Positions 24,101 to 36,287 of a DNA stretch of 64,000 bases are shown here, one piece after another. The notes under the pieces were generated by a model. That model made no database searches and was not told the DNA's origin. It worked only from the letters and a program-made list of their open reading frames with translations. Numbering within the stretch: the stretch's first letter is position 1; each line of letters begins with the position of its first letter. Origin of the DNA: Macrostomum lignano (lineage: Eukaryota); assembly GCA_002269645.1 (NCBI GenBank), contig NIVC01000646.1, positions 1-64,000 on the forward strand, written 5' to 3'. Both the position numbers and the translations under genes were made by a program.

Positions 24101-27100
24101 TACCGAGATAGGAAAAATGTACATTGAGGGGCTGTATATTCGAAAAGAAGTCATGTATGCAATTTTTCTTTAAAAAGGGATAGCAGGACTTACGATATAC
24201 TATATCTCTTATGCATTTCTCACTAATCCATCTTTTATTTGCAGATCTTCCAGATGCCAGACATGCTGCGCCTATACAGTATCTACTATGAGTGCATGAC
24301 AAGCTCATGGGTGAAGCTTTCTACAGTCGCCTCTGATCATTCCAGCTGGGCCCGAAGATTGCGCGCAGCTTCTCGAAGGCCTGCGTCGGCGCCCTCTTCT
24401 CTGAAGGGGACCAGGCAACAGCAGCAGCAAAGGTTGGCAAACTGGCGTGCTAGAAGTCGACTCTGGCTCAGTTGCAGCTGGGACCACAGCAGGAAAGACA
24501 AGTGCCTGGCCCATGTAGATGACCCAGGGACTCTGCTTGCCAGCAGCTTCCTCGCACACCTTTGACCTCTACAGGTCCCGCACCTTTTTCACTTTTGTTA
24601 CTGCCTCCACAGGTTACAAAGTGCGTCTAGTTTAGTGTCTGCAGGCAGACTAAGACATTCTGCCAAGCTAATTAAAAATATTAAAGCACTTAAGTGAAGC
24701 AGTTGAGTAGAGGCTGAACTGACTAAAAGGGTTCTCAGCCAATTCGGCTGCTGGGAGACAACTGACTGGGGATGAAAACAGGAGCAGACGAATCGACTGT
24801 CATACTCTCATACATGTGCATGTACATACTACAGTATACAATGTAATCACGCTGTGTATTGCTCAAGATTGTTAGATTGGCTACGAGCAAGTCACAATTC
24901 ACCAATCACCAACATGGTGTCCCATCTCAGCAAACTGTTGTTGCGCAGTTGGCGACTCCAGTCTCCAGCTGCCAGGCCATGTCATCCAAGCCGGTTCGTA
25001 CCGCCCGCAGCTGGTGCAGATGCTACTGACGCTGCAGACACCTTAATACTGGAGAGGAAAGGCACGCACACGGGTTTTGTTGACTGCCTGCTGGCTGATT
25101 CCAGCACCCTGGACACGATGGCGACCTACATTCGTGTCAAGGACCTGAAACCCACCCTGTAATATTGTCTCATTCTTGACTGGCTTGATTGTAGTAGCTA
25201 CAGTTGTAGTACTGTAGTAGACTCATAGTACGATGAGAAGGCCAGCACAGCAGATGAAATATTTGCTGACGAGCTGCACTGACTGCAGCTGAATTTGATA
25301 GCAGACAAATTGACTGGATTACCACGAACAGCTATCGCGCTGAAAAGTGAACACAGTGAACAAGTAAATGAATCAAATGATGCAGATAAACTGTAAATCT
25401 ATATTCGATCAATTGCTGAATATGGGCATGGTCTCTTCAAACATGAAAGTACATGATTTAGTAACATATTACTTAATACAGTATCGATTCATTACAGCTG
25501 TTAAATGGACTACAAAAATCTTTTGAATGACTCCAGCATGAAGATAGTTAAGATTAATATTGACACGAGCTACATAGATTTTTAGACAACATAGACATCC
25601 AGATTGGTACTTTGGAAGACCCGTTTTCATAGAAATAATAGTCACTCATTTAAATACTACTTATAGTAGAAAGTCAAAAATCTTACTAATTATAGTATAC
25701 AAGTATTACTTTGACATGGAAGTAATATAAAATAAGGTAAATAGAAACTATACCATGAGAAAGACAAAGAATGGTACTCCAGAAAATGTTTTTCTTCACC
25801 TTTTTGTCCTAATCCCCAGATATCTGCATATATAGAACAGTATATATATAGAAAAAAATATCAGATAATGTTGTAGCAACAAAAATCTACAAAATAAAAC
25901 ATAAAGCACTAAAATTGGTTATAAAATAAGAAAGTTACAGACATTTTACTGCACAAAACATGTTTTTTTGCCCAAAAATGGCACAGTTTTTAGTGTATTT
26001 CAGATAGGGAAAAAACACCATTTTTTTGAAACGAAAAACTCCATAACTTTTTTATTACTTGATCAATTTTCAAAAGTTTGGTGTCATTTCACTCATAACA
26101 TCCAGGACTACAACATGGCATGATTTAAAATGTGGATTTCGAAAAAAAAATTTCTCACTGGACCCCCTAGTCTATATATTATAATTATAAATTTGATAAC
26201 TATTTAGGCCCTAATGCAAAATTGATTTCCATGTTTAGTCTAGTAATGCTATTACAAAATTTACAATTCAATTATTTGAAACTTTGCATAAATAATATAT
26301 TTGGCATATATCAAAATATACCAAAAATTTGGTCTTTTTTCTAAGGTAGGCTCTCTATTATTTACTAGTATTTTAGGCTACTAAGTTGTTAAGTAAGCCT
26401 TCTACCTAAATATAAATATAAGAAATAAGATATAAAAAATATAAGATTAATCAATTTTTTAAAACTATTTTATAGAGTATTACTAATAGAACATTTATTT
26501 ATATTAATGTTAATATTAGGACATAAGATAGGACTAATAGTACCAAATGCCAATCTTAACCTTTGAGTTTAAGAATCAAAACCTTTAAATCTATGTTTCA
26601 TAAATTAGATTCTTAATGCTCTGCTTTTAAAGCCTTAAATATAAGCACAATGTGCTTGCAACTATTTAAGTACTCTTGCTATTTCCCAAGACATGCTGTA
26701 ATTGTTCTATCCTTAATTCCCTTCTTTCATTTATAAGCCACAAGCCTATAACCTCTAACACTTGACTCTTCAAACTCAAACTTCATAATCTTATATAAAA
26801 TAAACCAATTTAAATTAGAGCTAAACTTGAATATTAAGACAAGTGAATAGGGTGCAGGGCCTAAATCAGTATATTTATAGGACATTAACTTAGAAAGGTT
26901 AAGTCTGGAATAATAAAAGGAGAGATAAAGTGTGTGACTTAAGAGAGAGACAAAAATGGAAAGCCCATCAGAAGGTGGCAATGGAGACAGATAAAAATAA
27001 AAAGATTGAACTAGATTTATAGAGAGAAAACAGAGTTTAAATAGAGACAAGTGAAGGTAAACTTAAACTAAAGAAATGACTAAGAAAGTCGTGACACTCC

Positions 27101-28090
27101 CTCCAAAAAATGAAACTTTTGATTTTACACTTACCAACTGAAATTCAAATTAGATTCAAGTTAATTAGAATCAAATTAGAAAAGATACTCAAAGTAAAAG
27201 TGTAAAAAGCAATTAGAAAAAATAGATAATGACTATGAATTCAAATACAAAACCAGTAGAATTTTTTTCAAGTTTGGTTTTAAATGAATAAATTGTTTTA
27301 AACTTATCAGAAAACTGAATATGTCCAATTCCTTTCCCCCCACCCTAAAAAATTGCAGTTTTAAATTGTTGACAGCTAGTAAAGTTCATTAAGATATAGA
27401 AAGATATGAGTCTATTGGGTATAAGAATGAGATAAGGATTAAGTTGATAGAAAGAATGAATGAGACAAATGGAGACTAACAAGAGAGAAAAGCAACTGAG
27501 TGAAAAAATTGACTTAACTCTTGACTTGTTCCAGATCTTTATCTTATACCAAAGCAACTATTTGGTATTTAGATTGTCAACTTTTTTCTTCTGATTCAAA
27601 CCAAATGATTCAATTCTAAATATTCCAAATATTTAGCCTGTCTCTATCTATCCCCTTGGCTATACTTTTGGTTGTATAAATTCTAATAACCATCAATAAA
27701 CCATTATATTGCCTAACAAAAGACTATTATGCAAAATAAAAAATCTAAATTAAATAGGCAATCTATAGGAAAAACCAAATCTTTTTTCAGTTATGATTCC
27801 TGTATATTTCCATAGCCATAACCATAATAATAGTGGTGCACTAGTTCTTGGGATAGGATAAGTCTTGAAGCCTAAAGGCTATTTTTGGAATTCATAGCTA
27901 TATAAAGATATTTTTAGCTCATAAGCCATAAAAATATTAATTTTTATTTAAATGATACTTATTAATTTATTTTATTCATTCTTAATATAAAGCAAAATAT
28001 ATTCAGTAATTTTAAATTTTTTTGAAACTATATACTACTGCTCTGTTATATTCAGTAGTGCAAATGTAGTGCAAATTTTTTAATGCTAGA

Positions 28091-28314
28091 ATGACTTCCC
28101 AGCTGTTGAGGCTCACCGCCGCCAGCCATTTGCCTTGGCGCCTCGCCGCACCAAGTCGGCAGCTCAGCGCAGGTGGCAAAGGCTTTGTAGCTGGCCTAAT
28201 CGACCGAGTGCGCGACGAGATGCAAAAAGACAAAGCAATGAAAGACAGCTTGAAGAGGTTTCGCGACGAGACTAGCAAGCTTGAACAGTCAGAAGAGCTG
28301 CAGAAAGTGCGCAA
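28091..28314 (+). CDS. TIMM44: Mitochondrial import translocase Tim44, exon 1
   Basis: Presequence-like MTSQLLRLTAASHLPWRLAAPSR, then EMQKDKAMKDSLKRFRDETSKLEQSEELQKVR; AA|gtgagt. Confidence 0.92.
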
Positions 28315-28378
28315 GTGAGTTTAATCTGCCTCGAACTCTGGTAGACAACCCTCCCAAACTTGAACTAGACGCCTTGCT

Positions 28379-28905
28379 AAACCTCAGGTGGACGCCGTCA
28401 CAATCCTCAGGTAGACATCCCCCTAAACCTCAGTTGGACGCCGTCCCAATCCTCAGGTAGACATCCCCCTAAACCTCAGTTGGACGCCGTCCCAATCCTC
28501 AGGTAGACATCCCCCTAAACCTCAGGTGGACGCCCTCCCAATCCTCAGGTAGACATCCCCCTAAACCTCAGGTGGACGCCCTCCCAATCCTCAGGTAGAC
28601 ATCCCCCTAAACCTCAGGTGGACGCCCTCCCAATCCTCAGGTAGACATCCCCCTAAACCTCAGGTGGACGCCCTCCCAATCCTCAGTTAGACATCCCCCT
28701 AAACCTCAGGTGGACGCCGTCACAATCCTCAGGTAGACATCCCCCTAAACCTCAGGTGGACGCCCTCCCAATCCTCAGGTAGACATCCCCCTAAACCTCA
28801 GGTGGACGCCCTCCCAATCCTCAGTTAGACATCCCCCTAAACCTCAGGTGGACGCCGTCACAATCCTCAGGTAGACATCCCCTTAAACCTCAGGTGGACG
28901 CCCTC
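28379..28905. repeat. 46-bp array in TIMM44 intron 1, ~11.5 copies
   Basis: Unit aaacctcaggtggacgccctcccaatcctcaggtagacatccccct, made of two related half-units. Confidence 0.97.
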
Positions 28906-29015
28906 AACAGTCGCTCTCTAATTTCCTTAATTTGCTTGCTCAATGAGTCAGTTACGTTAATTAAGCTGCCTAATTCAAGCTTGCCAATCCACCAATCCAC
29001 CTTTCCCATTGTCAG

Positions 29016-29253
29016 GTACTACCAGAACCTCGAGCAGGATGCCAGATTGAAAAACACGGCCGACAAGGTGCGCGACAGTCTGAACACGGTGGCGCAGCAG
29101 GAGTACCTGCAGAAGGCGGCCAAAGGCGTCAAAGACGCGGCCGGGCAGCTTTCTAAATCCGCTGAGATGCTGGCCGACTCTGATCTGGTACGCCGGGCCC
29201 GCACCGGCGCCGCCGCCGTGTCGCGCGAGATCGAGGGCGACTTGTCGCTAAAG
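29016..29253 (+). CDS. TIMM44: TIMM44 exon 2
   Basis: cag|G-YYQNLEQD...AAKGVKDAAGQLSKSAE...K|gtcag; phase fits exon 1. Confidence 0.9.
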
Positions 29254-29345
29254 GTCAGTTAGGGATCAGTTGGGCGGGGGGGGGTGAGCTGGGGAGAGTG
29301 AGAAGGTTAGGGATCTTGCATTGGGCCGCCACCCTGCTGGACTTT

Positions 29346-29840
29346 AGATCCTCAGTTGCTGGGCCAGCCTCCTAGACTCTCAGTTGCTGGGCCAGTCACC
29401 CAGATCCTCAGTTGCTGGGCCAGCCTCCCAGATCCTCAGTTGCTGGGCCAGCCCTCCAAATCCTCAGCTGCTAGACCAGCCACCCAGATTCCCAGATCCT
29501 CAGTTGCTGGGCCAGCCTCCCAGATTCTCAGTTGCTGGGCCAGTCACCCAGATCCTCAGTTGCTGGGCCAGCCTCCCAGATCCTCAGTTGCTAGGCCAGC
29601 CTTCCAGATCCTCAGTTTCTGGGCCAACCTCCCAAATCCTCAGTTGCTGGGCCAGCCTCCCAGATCCTCGGTTGCTAGACCAGCCACCCAGATTCCCAGA
29701 TCCTCAGTTGCTGGGCCAGCTTCCCAGATCCTCAGTTGCTGGGCCAACCTCTCAGATCCTCAGTTGCTGGGCCAGCCTCCCTCCCAGATCCTCAGTTGCT
29801 TTGCCAGCCTCCCAGATCCTCAGTTGCTGGGCCAGCCACC
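29346..29840. repeat. 28-bp array (tcctcagttgctgggccagcctcccaga)n in TIMM44 intron 2
   Basis: Directly visible; same family as 17690-18205. Confidence 0.97.
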
Positions 29841-29963
29841 TAAATCATTGGTGCATGCATCAAATAATGGCATTAAATTCTAGTTTTGATTACTCGCTAC
29901 TATGAGTAGTTTAGTATAACAAGTCCCCCAAGCTGCTTCATCAATCTCTTATTGTGAGTGCAG

Positions 29964-30275
29964 GTGTACCGCAGCCCCACGGTGCTGATGACGCGCCAAG
30001 AGGTGTCGGGCATTGCCACGGACTCTTCCTCGTCAGGCGCCGCGCCGCCGCCGGAGGCGAACCCGCACGAGCAGGGCGTGGTGCTCCACCGGGACAGCAA
30101 GTGGGCGCAGGCCTGGACCAACTTCAAGGACAGCAATCCGTACATGCAGAAGCTATTCGACATGCGGTCTCAGTATCAGGAATCCGAGAATCCCATTGCT
30201 AGGGGCGGCAGATTCGTTAGCGAGCGATTCTCCTCTTTGTTTGGCTCTTTGTTCACTGACTCCGACTTTCACAAG
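29964..30275 (+). CDS. TIMM44: TIMM44 exon 3
   Basis: VYRSP...GVVLHRDSKWAQAWTNFKDSNPYMQKLFDMRSQYQESENP; 312 nt. Confidence 0.95.
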
Positions 30276-30342
30276 GTATGCCCGTGATTTTGTTTTTGTG
30301 GGTAGCGGTCCAGTATTGTGTTTTTCCACCTAACTGTGGTTT

Positions 30343-31340
30343 CACTCCAGTTCATTAGATCTCACTCCAGTTCATTAGATCTCACTCCAGTTCATTAGAT
30401 CTCACTCCAGGTCATTAGATCCCACTCTAGTTCATTAGATCTCACTCCAGTTCATTAGATCTCACTCCAGGTCATTAGATCCCACTCTAGTTCATTAGAT
30501 CTCACTCCAGTTCATTAGATCTCACTCCAGTTCATTAGATCTCACTCCAGGTCATTAGATCCCACTCCAGTTCATTAGATCCCACTCCAGTTCATTAGAT
30601 CTCACTCCAGTTCATTAGATCTCACCCCATCCACTAGATCTCACCCCATCCCACTAGATCTCACCCCATCCCACTAGATCTCACCCCATCCCACTAGATC
30701 TCACCCCATCCCACTAGATCTCACTCCATCCAACTAGATCTCACCCCATCCCACTAGATCTCACTCCATCCAACTAGATCTCACCCTATGCCACTAGATC
30801 TCACCCCATCCCACTAGATCTCACCCCATCCCACTAGATCTCACCCCATCCCACTAGATCTCACCCCATCCCACTAGATCTCACCCCATCCCACTAGATC
30901 TCACCCCATCCCACCAGATCTCACCCCATCCCACTATATCTCACCCATCCCACTAGATCTCACCCATCCCACTAGATCTCACCCATCCCACTAGATCTCA
31001 CCCCATCCCACTAGATCTCACCCCATCCCACTAGATCTCACCCATCCCACTAGATCTCACCCCATCCCACTAGATCTCACCCCATCCCACTAGATCTCAC
31101 CCATCCCACTAGATCTCACCCCATCCCACTAGATCTCACCCCATCCCACTAGATCTCACCCATCCCACTAGATCTCACCCCATCCCACTAGATCTCACCC
31201 CATCCCACTATATCTCACCCATCCCACTAGATCTCACCCCATCCCACTAGATCTCACCCCATCCCACTAGATCTCACCCCATCCCACTAGATCTCACCCC
31301 ATCCCACTAGATCTCACCCCATCCCACTAGATCTCACCCA
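30343..31340. repeat. 20/19-bp compound array in TIMM44 intron 3 (ctcactccagttcattagat switching to ctcaccccatcccactagat)
   Basis: Directly visible; switch near 30620. Confidence 0.97.
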
Positions 31341-31428
31341 ACCCTTAGAGTTCAGTTTACATGCCAGCAGATCTTAAACCGCACGTTAAGCCTGGAAACT
31401 TTTACCATCTCTCACTGAACCCTGTCAG

Positions 31429-31689
31429 GTGGTAAACGAAATCGCTCGACTGGAGCCCAGCTTCACCCTGAGCGGTTTCGCCACCCATTGCCGTCAATTC
31501 GTGGTGCCAAACGTTCTAGAGGCCATCTTTCGCGGCGACAATCGCGTCTTAGAGAGCTGGTGCTACGAGGGCCAATTTAAACGGCTGGAACAGCAGTCGA
31601 AAACTCTTAAACAGCATGGTTGCCGGTCAGAGTCTCGTCTGCTTGACCTGTCCTATCCTGAGGTGCTGCAGGCCAAGGTTGTCGATCAG
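31429..31689 (+). CDS. TIMM44: TIMM44 exon 4
   Basis: EIARLEPSF...VVPNVLEAIFRGDNRVLESWCYE (Tim44 C-terminal domain); 261 nt. Confidence 0.95.
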
Positions 31690-31789
31690 GTTGGTTAGCG
31701 TATTAACAGTGTATATCACAGCTTTGGGCGCTGTGTGGTGTATTGACATAAATACAAACTCACTGAATGTTAACCTCACTGCATTATCA

Positions 31790-32480
31790 ATCTCCTACAC
31801 TCCGATCTCCCTCCCTACACTCCAATCTCCCTACATTCCAATCTCCCTCCCTACACTCCAATCTCCCCAAACACTCCAATCTCACTCCCTACACTCCAAT
31901 CTCCCTACACTCTAATCTCCCTCCCTACACTCCAATCTCCCTACACTCCAATCTCCCTACACTCCAATCTCCCTACACTCCAATCTCCCTACACTCTAAT
32001 CTCCCTCCCTACACTCCAATCTCCCTACACTCCAATCTCCCTACACTCCAATCTCCCTACACTCCAATCTCCCTACACTCCAATCTCCCTACACTCTAAT
32101 CTCCCTCCCTACACTCCAATCTCCCTACACTCCAATCTCCCTACACTCCAATCTCCCTACACTCTAATCTCCCTCCCTACACTCCAATCTCCCTACACTC
32201 CAATCTCCCTACACTCTAATCTCCCTCCCTACACTTCAATCTCCCTACACTCTAATCTCCCTCCCTACACTCCAATCTCCCTACACTTTAATCTCCCTCC
32301 CTACACTCCAATCTCCCTACACTCCAATCTCCCTACACTCCAACCTCCCTACACTCCAACCTCCCTACACTCCAATCTCCCTCCCTACACTCCAATCTCC
32401 CTACACTCCAATCTCCCTACACTCCAACCTCCCTACACTCCAATCTCCCTACACCAACCTCCCTACACTCCAATCTCCCT
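31790..32480. repeat. 16/20-bp pyrimidine-rich array (ctccctacactccaat)n in TIMM44 intron 4
   Basis: Directly visible. Confidence 0.96.
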
Positions 32481-32506
32481 TCCCTCTCCCTACGCCAAAT
32501 CCACAG

Positions 32507-32710
32507 GGCCCGGTGCTGGTGATCAGCTTCACCGCGCAGCACATCGAGTGCGTACGCGACTCTGCTGGCAAAGTTGTGGAAGGCGATCCTGACAAAATCC
32601 TTCGCGTCACCCACGTGTGGGCCTTGTGCCGCGACCAGGCCGAGCTCAACCCTCGGGCGGCCTGGCGAGTAATGGAAATTCACTGCCTGCCTAGCGAGCA
32701 ATGGATTTGA
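32507..32710 (+). CDS. TIMM44: TIMM44 exon 5 (last)
   Basis: GPVLVISFTAQ...GKVVEGDPDKILRVTHVWALCRDQAELNPRAAWR, the characteristic Tim44 C-terminus; TGA at 32708-32710. Confidence 0.96.
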   Translation, partial: GPVLVISFTAQHIECVRDSAGKVVEGDPDKILRVTHVWALCRDQAELNPRAAWRVMEIHCLPSEQWI

Positions 32711-32919
32711 ATCGAGAGTTTCATAGAATTAACTTTGCGTGCATGTTTCTTTTCAACATATGTAGTGTAGAGTAGAGGCGGTGCTTCTCTGCCGAGCATT
32801 TCCCAGTCTAGATATAGGGTCTCCTTGCGGATGTGGCAGTGCGACTGTCGATTTCTACGTAAAGATGCTTTCTTCGCTAAGCTGGATGTTTATTGCTACA
32901 TTGAGGTGTCATTTTACAT

Positions 32920-33521
32920 GTGAAAGTTCCATTTCCTAGTATGGAAGTGCCATTTCCTATTATGGAAGTGCCATTTCCTAGTATGGAAGTGCCATTTCCT
33001 AGTATGGAAGTGCCATTTCCTAGTATGGAAGTGCCATTTCCTAGTATGGAAGTGCCATTTCCTATTATGGAAGTGCCATTTCCTATTATGGAAGCGCCAT
33101 TTCCTAGTATGGAAGTGCCATTTCCTATTATGGAAGTGCCATTTCCTATTATGGAAGCGCCATTTCCTAGTATGGAAGTGCCATTTCCTATTATGGAAGT
33201 GCCATTTCCTATTATGGAAGCGCCATTTCCTAGTATGGAAGTGCCATTTCCTATTATGGAAGTGCCATTTCCTATTATGGAAGTGCCATTTCCTAGTATG
33301 GAAGTGCCATTTCCTATTATGGAAGTGCCATTTCCTATTCTGGAAGTGCCATTTCCTAGCATGGAAGTGCCATTTCCTATTATGGAAGTGCCATTTCCTA
33401 TTATGGAAGTTCCATTTCCTATTATGGAAGTGCCATTTCCTAGGATGGAAGTGCGCCATTTCCTATTATGGAAGTGCCATTTCCTATTATGGAAGTGCCA
33501 TTTCCTAGTATGGAAGTGCCA
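32920..33521. repeat. 21-bp array (atggaagtgccatttcctatt/agt)n downstream of TIMM44
   Basis: Directly visible. Confidence 0.97.
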
Positions 33522-34469
33522 TTAGAAGGTCAAGCAGCAACTAGATAATACACTTAAAGATGTCGCGCACTTTTTTGAAACAAGTTTTGTTCGTTCCGAG
33601 CAAGAAAGAAGATATACTCAGTCTGTCACGCCGATCCCAGTGTCAGTCAATGCCAGGTTAATTGTCGGTGAATCGTCTCATTGTCTCGTCTTTGTGCATC
33701 TGCATTTCTTACTTATTCCATCGTGTTTCCTTCAATGCGTATTGACAAGAAGTTGCAGCACTAGCTCACATTGCTACTTATAACAGTAGTAGGTCGGTAG
33801 TGGCCTAGTGCGAGTTTTAATATCAGCTTGAAAAATATCCAGATTCCATGGAAGACCTATATATAAATTGGTGAATTAACAGGCATAGCTTATTATTGTG
33901 ACTTAATAAATAAGCAAGATCATAAATGCACCGCTTATACAGAGAGAGTCTGTCAGCCCGTTTGTGCTAAGACTCAATTTTTTTACGGATTAAGTCCTGC
34001 TCGAGTACGAAAATGCCTTAGTTATTTTCCTTGTCTGCTTTCATCTCCAGTGCCTAAATGTGATGGGGATAAAATCTGTCCACCTCCTCATGCCCTGATG
34101 AAGACAGGCAGCTGGGGAGGGGGGTTGCTTCTTGGCTGTCAGCGCTGTCAAATGCAACCTCTTCTGTTGCTACGAAGGCTTCCCTATAAGCTTCCAAGGC
34201 TTAGAAACAAAAGGAAATTAATGATGAAGACAAACGCGCTGCAGCTTTTAAAAGCAAAATATAGCAAGTCTTGATGGATGTCAGAAATCCAGTTTTTGTA
34301 TTTTTAATCCAGTCCTCTTTCGGATCTACGAGTATAAATATCTCTGTACTAAAAAGGCATCTAAACAATTTCTAGGTGCTATTCAGAATCATTTAGATTT
34401 GGTTTGTTGAAATTATGAATTATACCATCGCAAATGTGGGTTACAGTCTCCGGTATTCCTTTAAACGGT

Positions 34470-35625
34470 GGACAGGGATTCCCCATGCAACGATCCTGGT
34501 AGAATTCCCAGGTGAACAGGGATTCCCCATGCAACGATCCTGGTAGAATTCCCAGGTGAACAGGGATTCCCCATGCAACGATCCTGGTAGAATTCCCAGG
34601 TGAACAGGGATTCCCCATGCAACAATCCTGGTAGAATTCCCAGGTGAACAGGGATTCCCCATGCAACGATCCTGGTAGAATTCCCAGGTGAACAGGGATT
34701 CTCCATGCAACGATCCTGGTAGAATTCCCAGGTGAACAAGGATTCCCTATGCATCCTGGTAGAATTCCCAGGTGAACAAGGATTCCCTATGCATCCTGGT
34801 AGAATTCCCAGGTGAACAAGGATTCCCTATGCATCCTGGTAGAATTCCCAGGTGAACAGGGATTCCCTATGCATCCTGGTAGAATTCCCAGGTGAACAAG
34901 GATTCCCTATGCATCCTGGTAGAATTCCCAGGTAAACAGGGATTCCCCATGCAACGATCCTGGTAGAATTCCCAGGTGAACAAGGATTCCCTATGCATCC
35001 TGGTAGAATTCCCAGGTGAACAAGGATTCCCTATGCATCCTGGTAGAATTCCCAGGTGAACAGGGATTCCCCATGCATCCTGGTAGAATTCCCAGGTGAA
35101 CAAGGATTCCCTATGCATCCTGGTAGAATTCCCAGGTGAACAGGGATTCCCCATGCATCCTGGTAGAATTCCCAGGTGAACAGGGATTCCCTATGCATCC
35201 TGGTAGAATTCCTAGGTGAACAGGGATTCCCCATGCATCCTGGTAGAATTCCTAGGTGAACAGGGATTCCCCATGCATCCTGGTAGAATTCCTAGGTGAA
35301 CAGGGATTCCCCATGCATCCTGATAGAATTCCTAGGTGAACAGGGATTCCCCATGCATCCTGGTAGAATTCCTAGGTGAACAGGGATTCCCCATGCATCT
35401 TGGTGGAATTCCCCATGCATCCTGGTAGAATTCCCCATGCATCCTGGTAGAATTCCCCGGTGAACAGGGATTCCCCATGTATCCTGGTAGAATTCCTAGG
35501 TGAACAGGGATTCCCCATGTATCCTGGTAGAATTCCTAGGTGAACAGGGATTCCCCATGCATCCTGGTGGAATTCCCCATGCATCCTGGTAGAATTCCCA
35601 GGTGAACAGGGATTCCCCATGCATC
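34470..35625. repeat. 44-bp array shifting to 40-bp units (ggtagaattcccaggtgaacagggattccccatgc[aacg]atcct)
   Basis: Directly visible. Confidence 0.97.
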
Positions 35626-36077
35626 CTGGTAAAACTACAAAAATCGATAATTCCCTTTACAACTTTTGCTGCGCAACAATGAAGTAACTATAGCAGAGCT
35701 CGTAAATTAACAAGAATTAACAATTAACAACGCGCAGAAAAAACTAATTATCAGGAAATCTCTCCCTTGGCTCGCAACTTTGCGCAAAAGACCTGTTTCG
35801 CAAAGGATTCGTAAGTCTCTACGATCGCTCGCTCTAAATCGAAGTCATGGAGTTCTAAAAATAGCATCTGGAATGGAACCTTACATTTACCGTAAATGTC
35901 GAATTCACTATGCTCAGCTACGAGCATGTCGCATTGTTAGGTTGGTAAACTAAAAGTGACTATGAAAAAACTGTTTGCGAAAGATCGACGTATTGCTAGT
36001 TCAATTTCCATGTAGCAATATTATATATCAATATATCAATTTACAGCAGAGTTGTGGGCACCTTGGCAGCAACATCT

Positions 36078-36287
36078 TTCTCAGAACCCTCAGGCAGTCA
36101 GGGGCCTCAGAACCCTCAGGCAGTCAGGGACCTCAGGACCCTCAGGCAGTCAGGGACCTCAGATCCCTCAGGCAGTCAGGGACCTCAGGACCCTCAGGCA
36201 GTCAGGGACCTCAGAACCCTCAGGCAGTCAGGGACCTCAGGACCCTCAGGCAGTCAGGGACCTCAGGACCCTCAGGCAGTCAGGGAC
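36078..36287. repeat. 26-bp array (ccctcaggcagtcagggacctcagga)n abutting the dystrophin-like stop codon
   Basis: Directly visible, ~8 copies. Confidence 0.95.

Noticed and set aside
25266-25292. Hammerhead-like CTGACGA followed by a GCTGCA/TGCAGC stem
   Set aside because: The required GAAA after stem II is missing (TGAAT instead), and stems I and III are not evident.
33969-33980. Short matches to a flatworm spliced-leader sequence as I recall it (also 61314-61322)
   Set aside because: Only 9-12 nt each, with no full leader, donor or Sm site.
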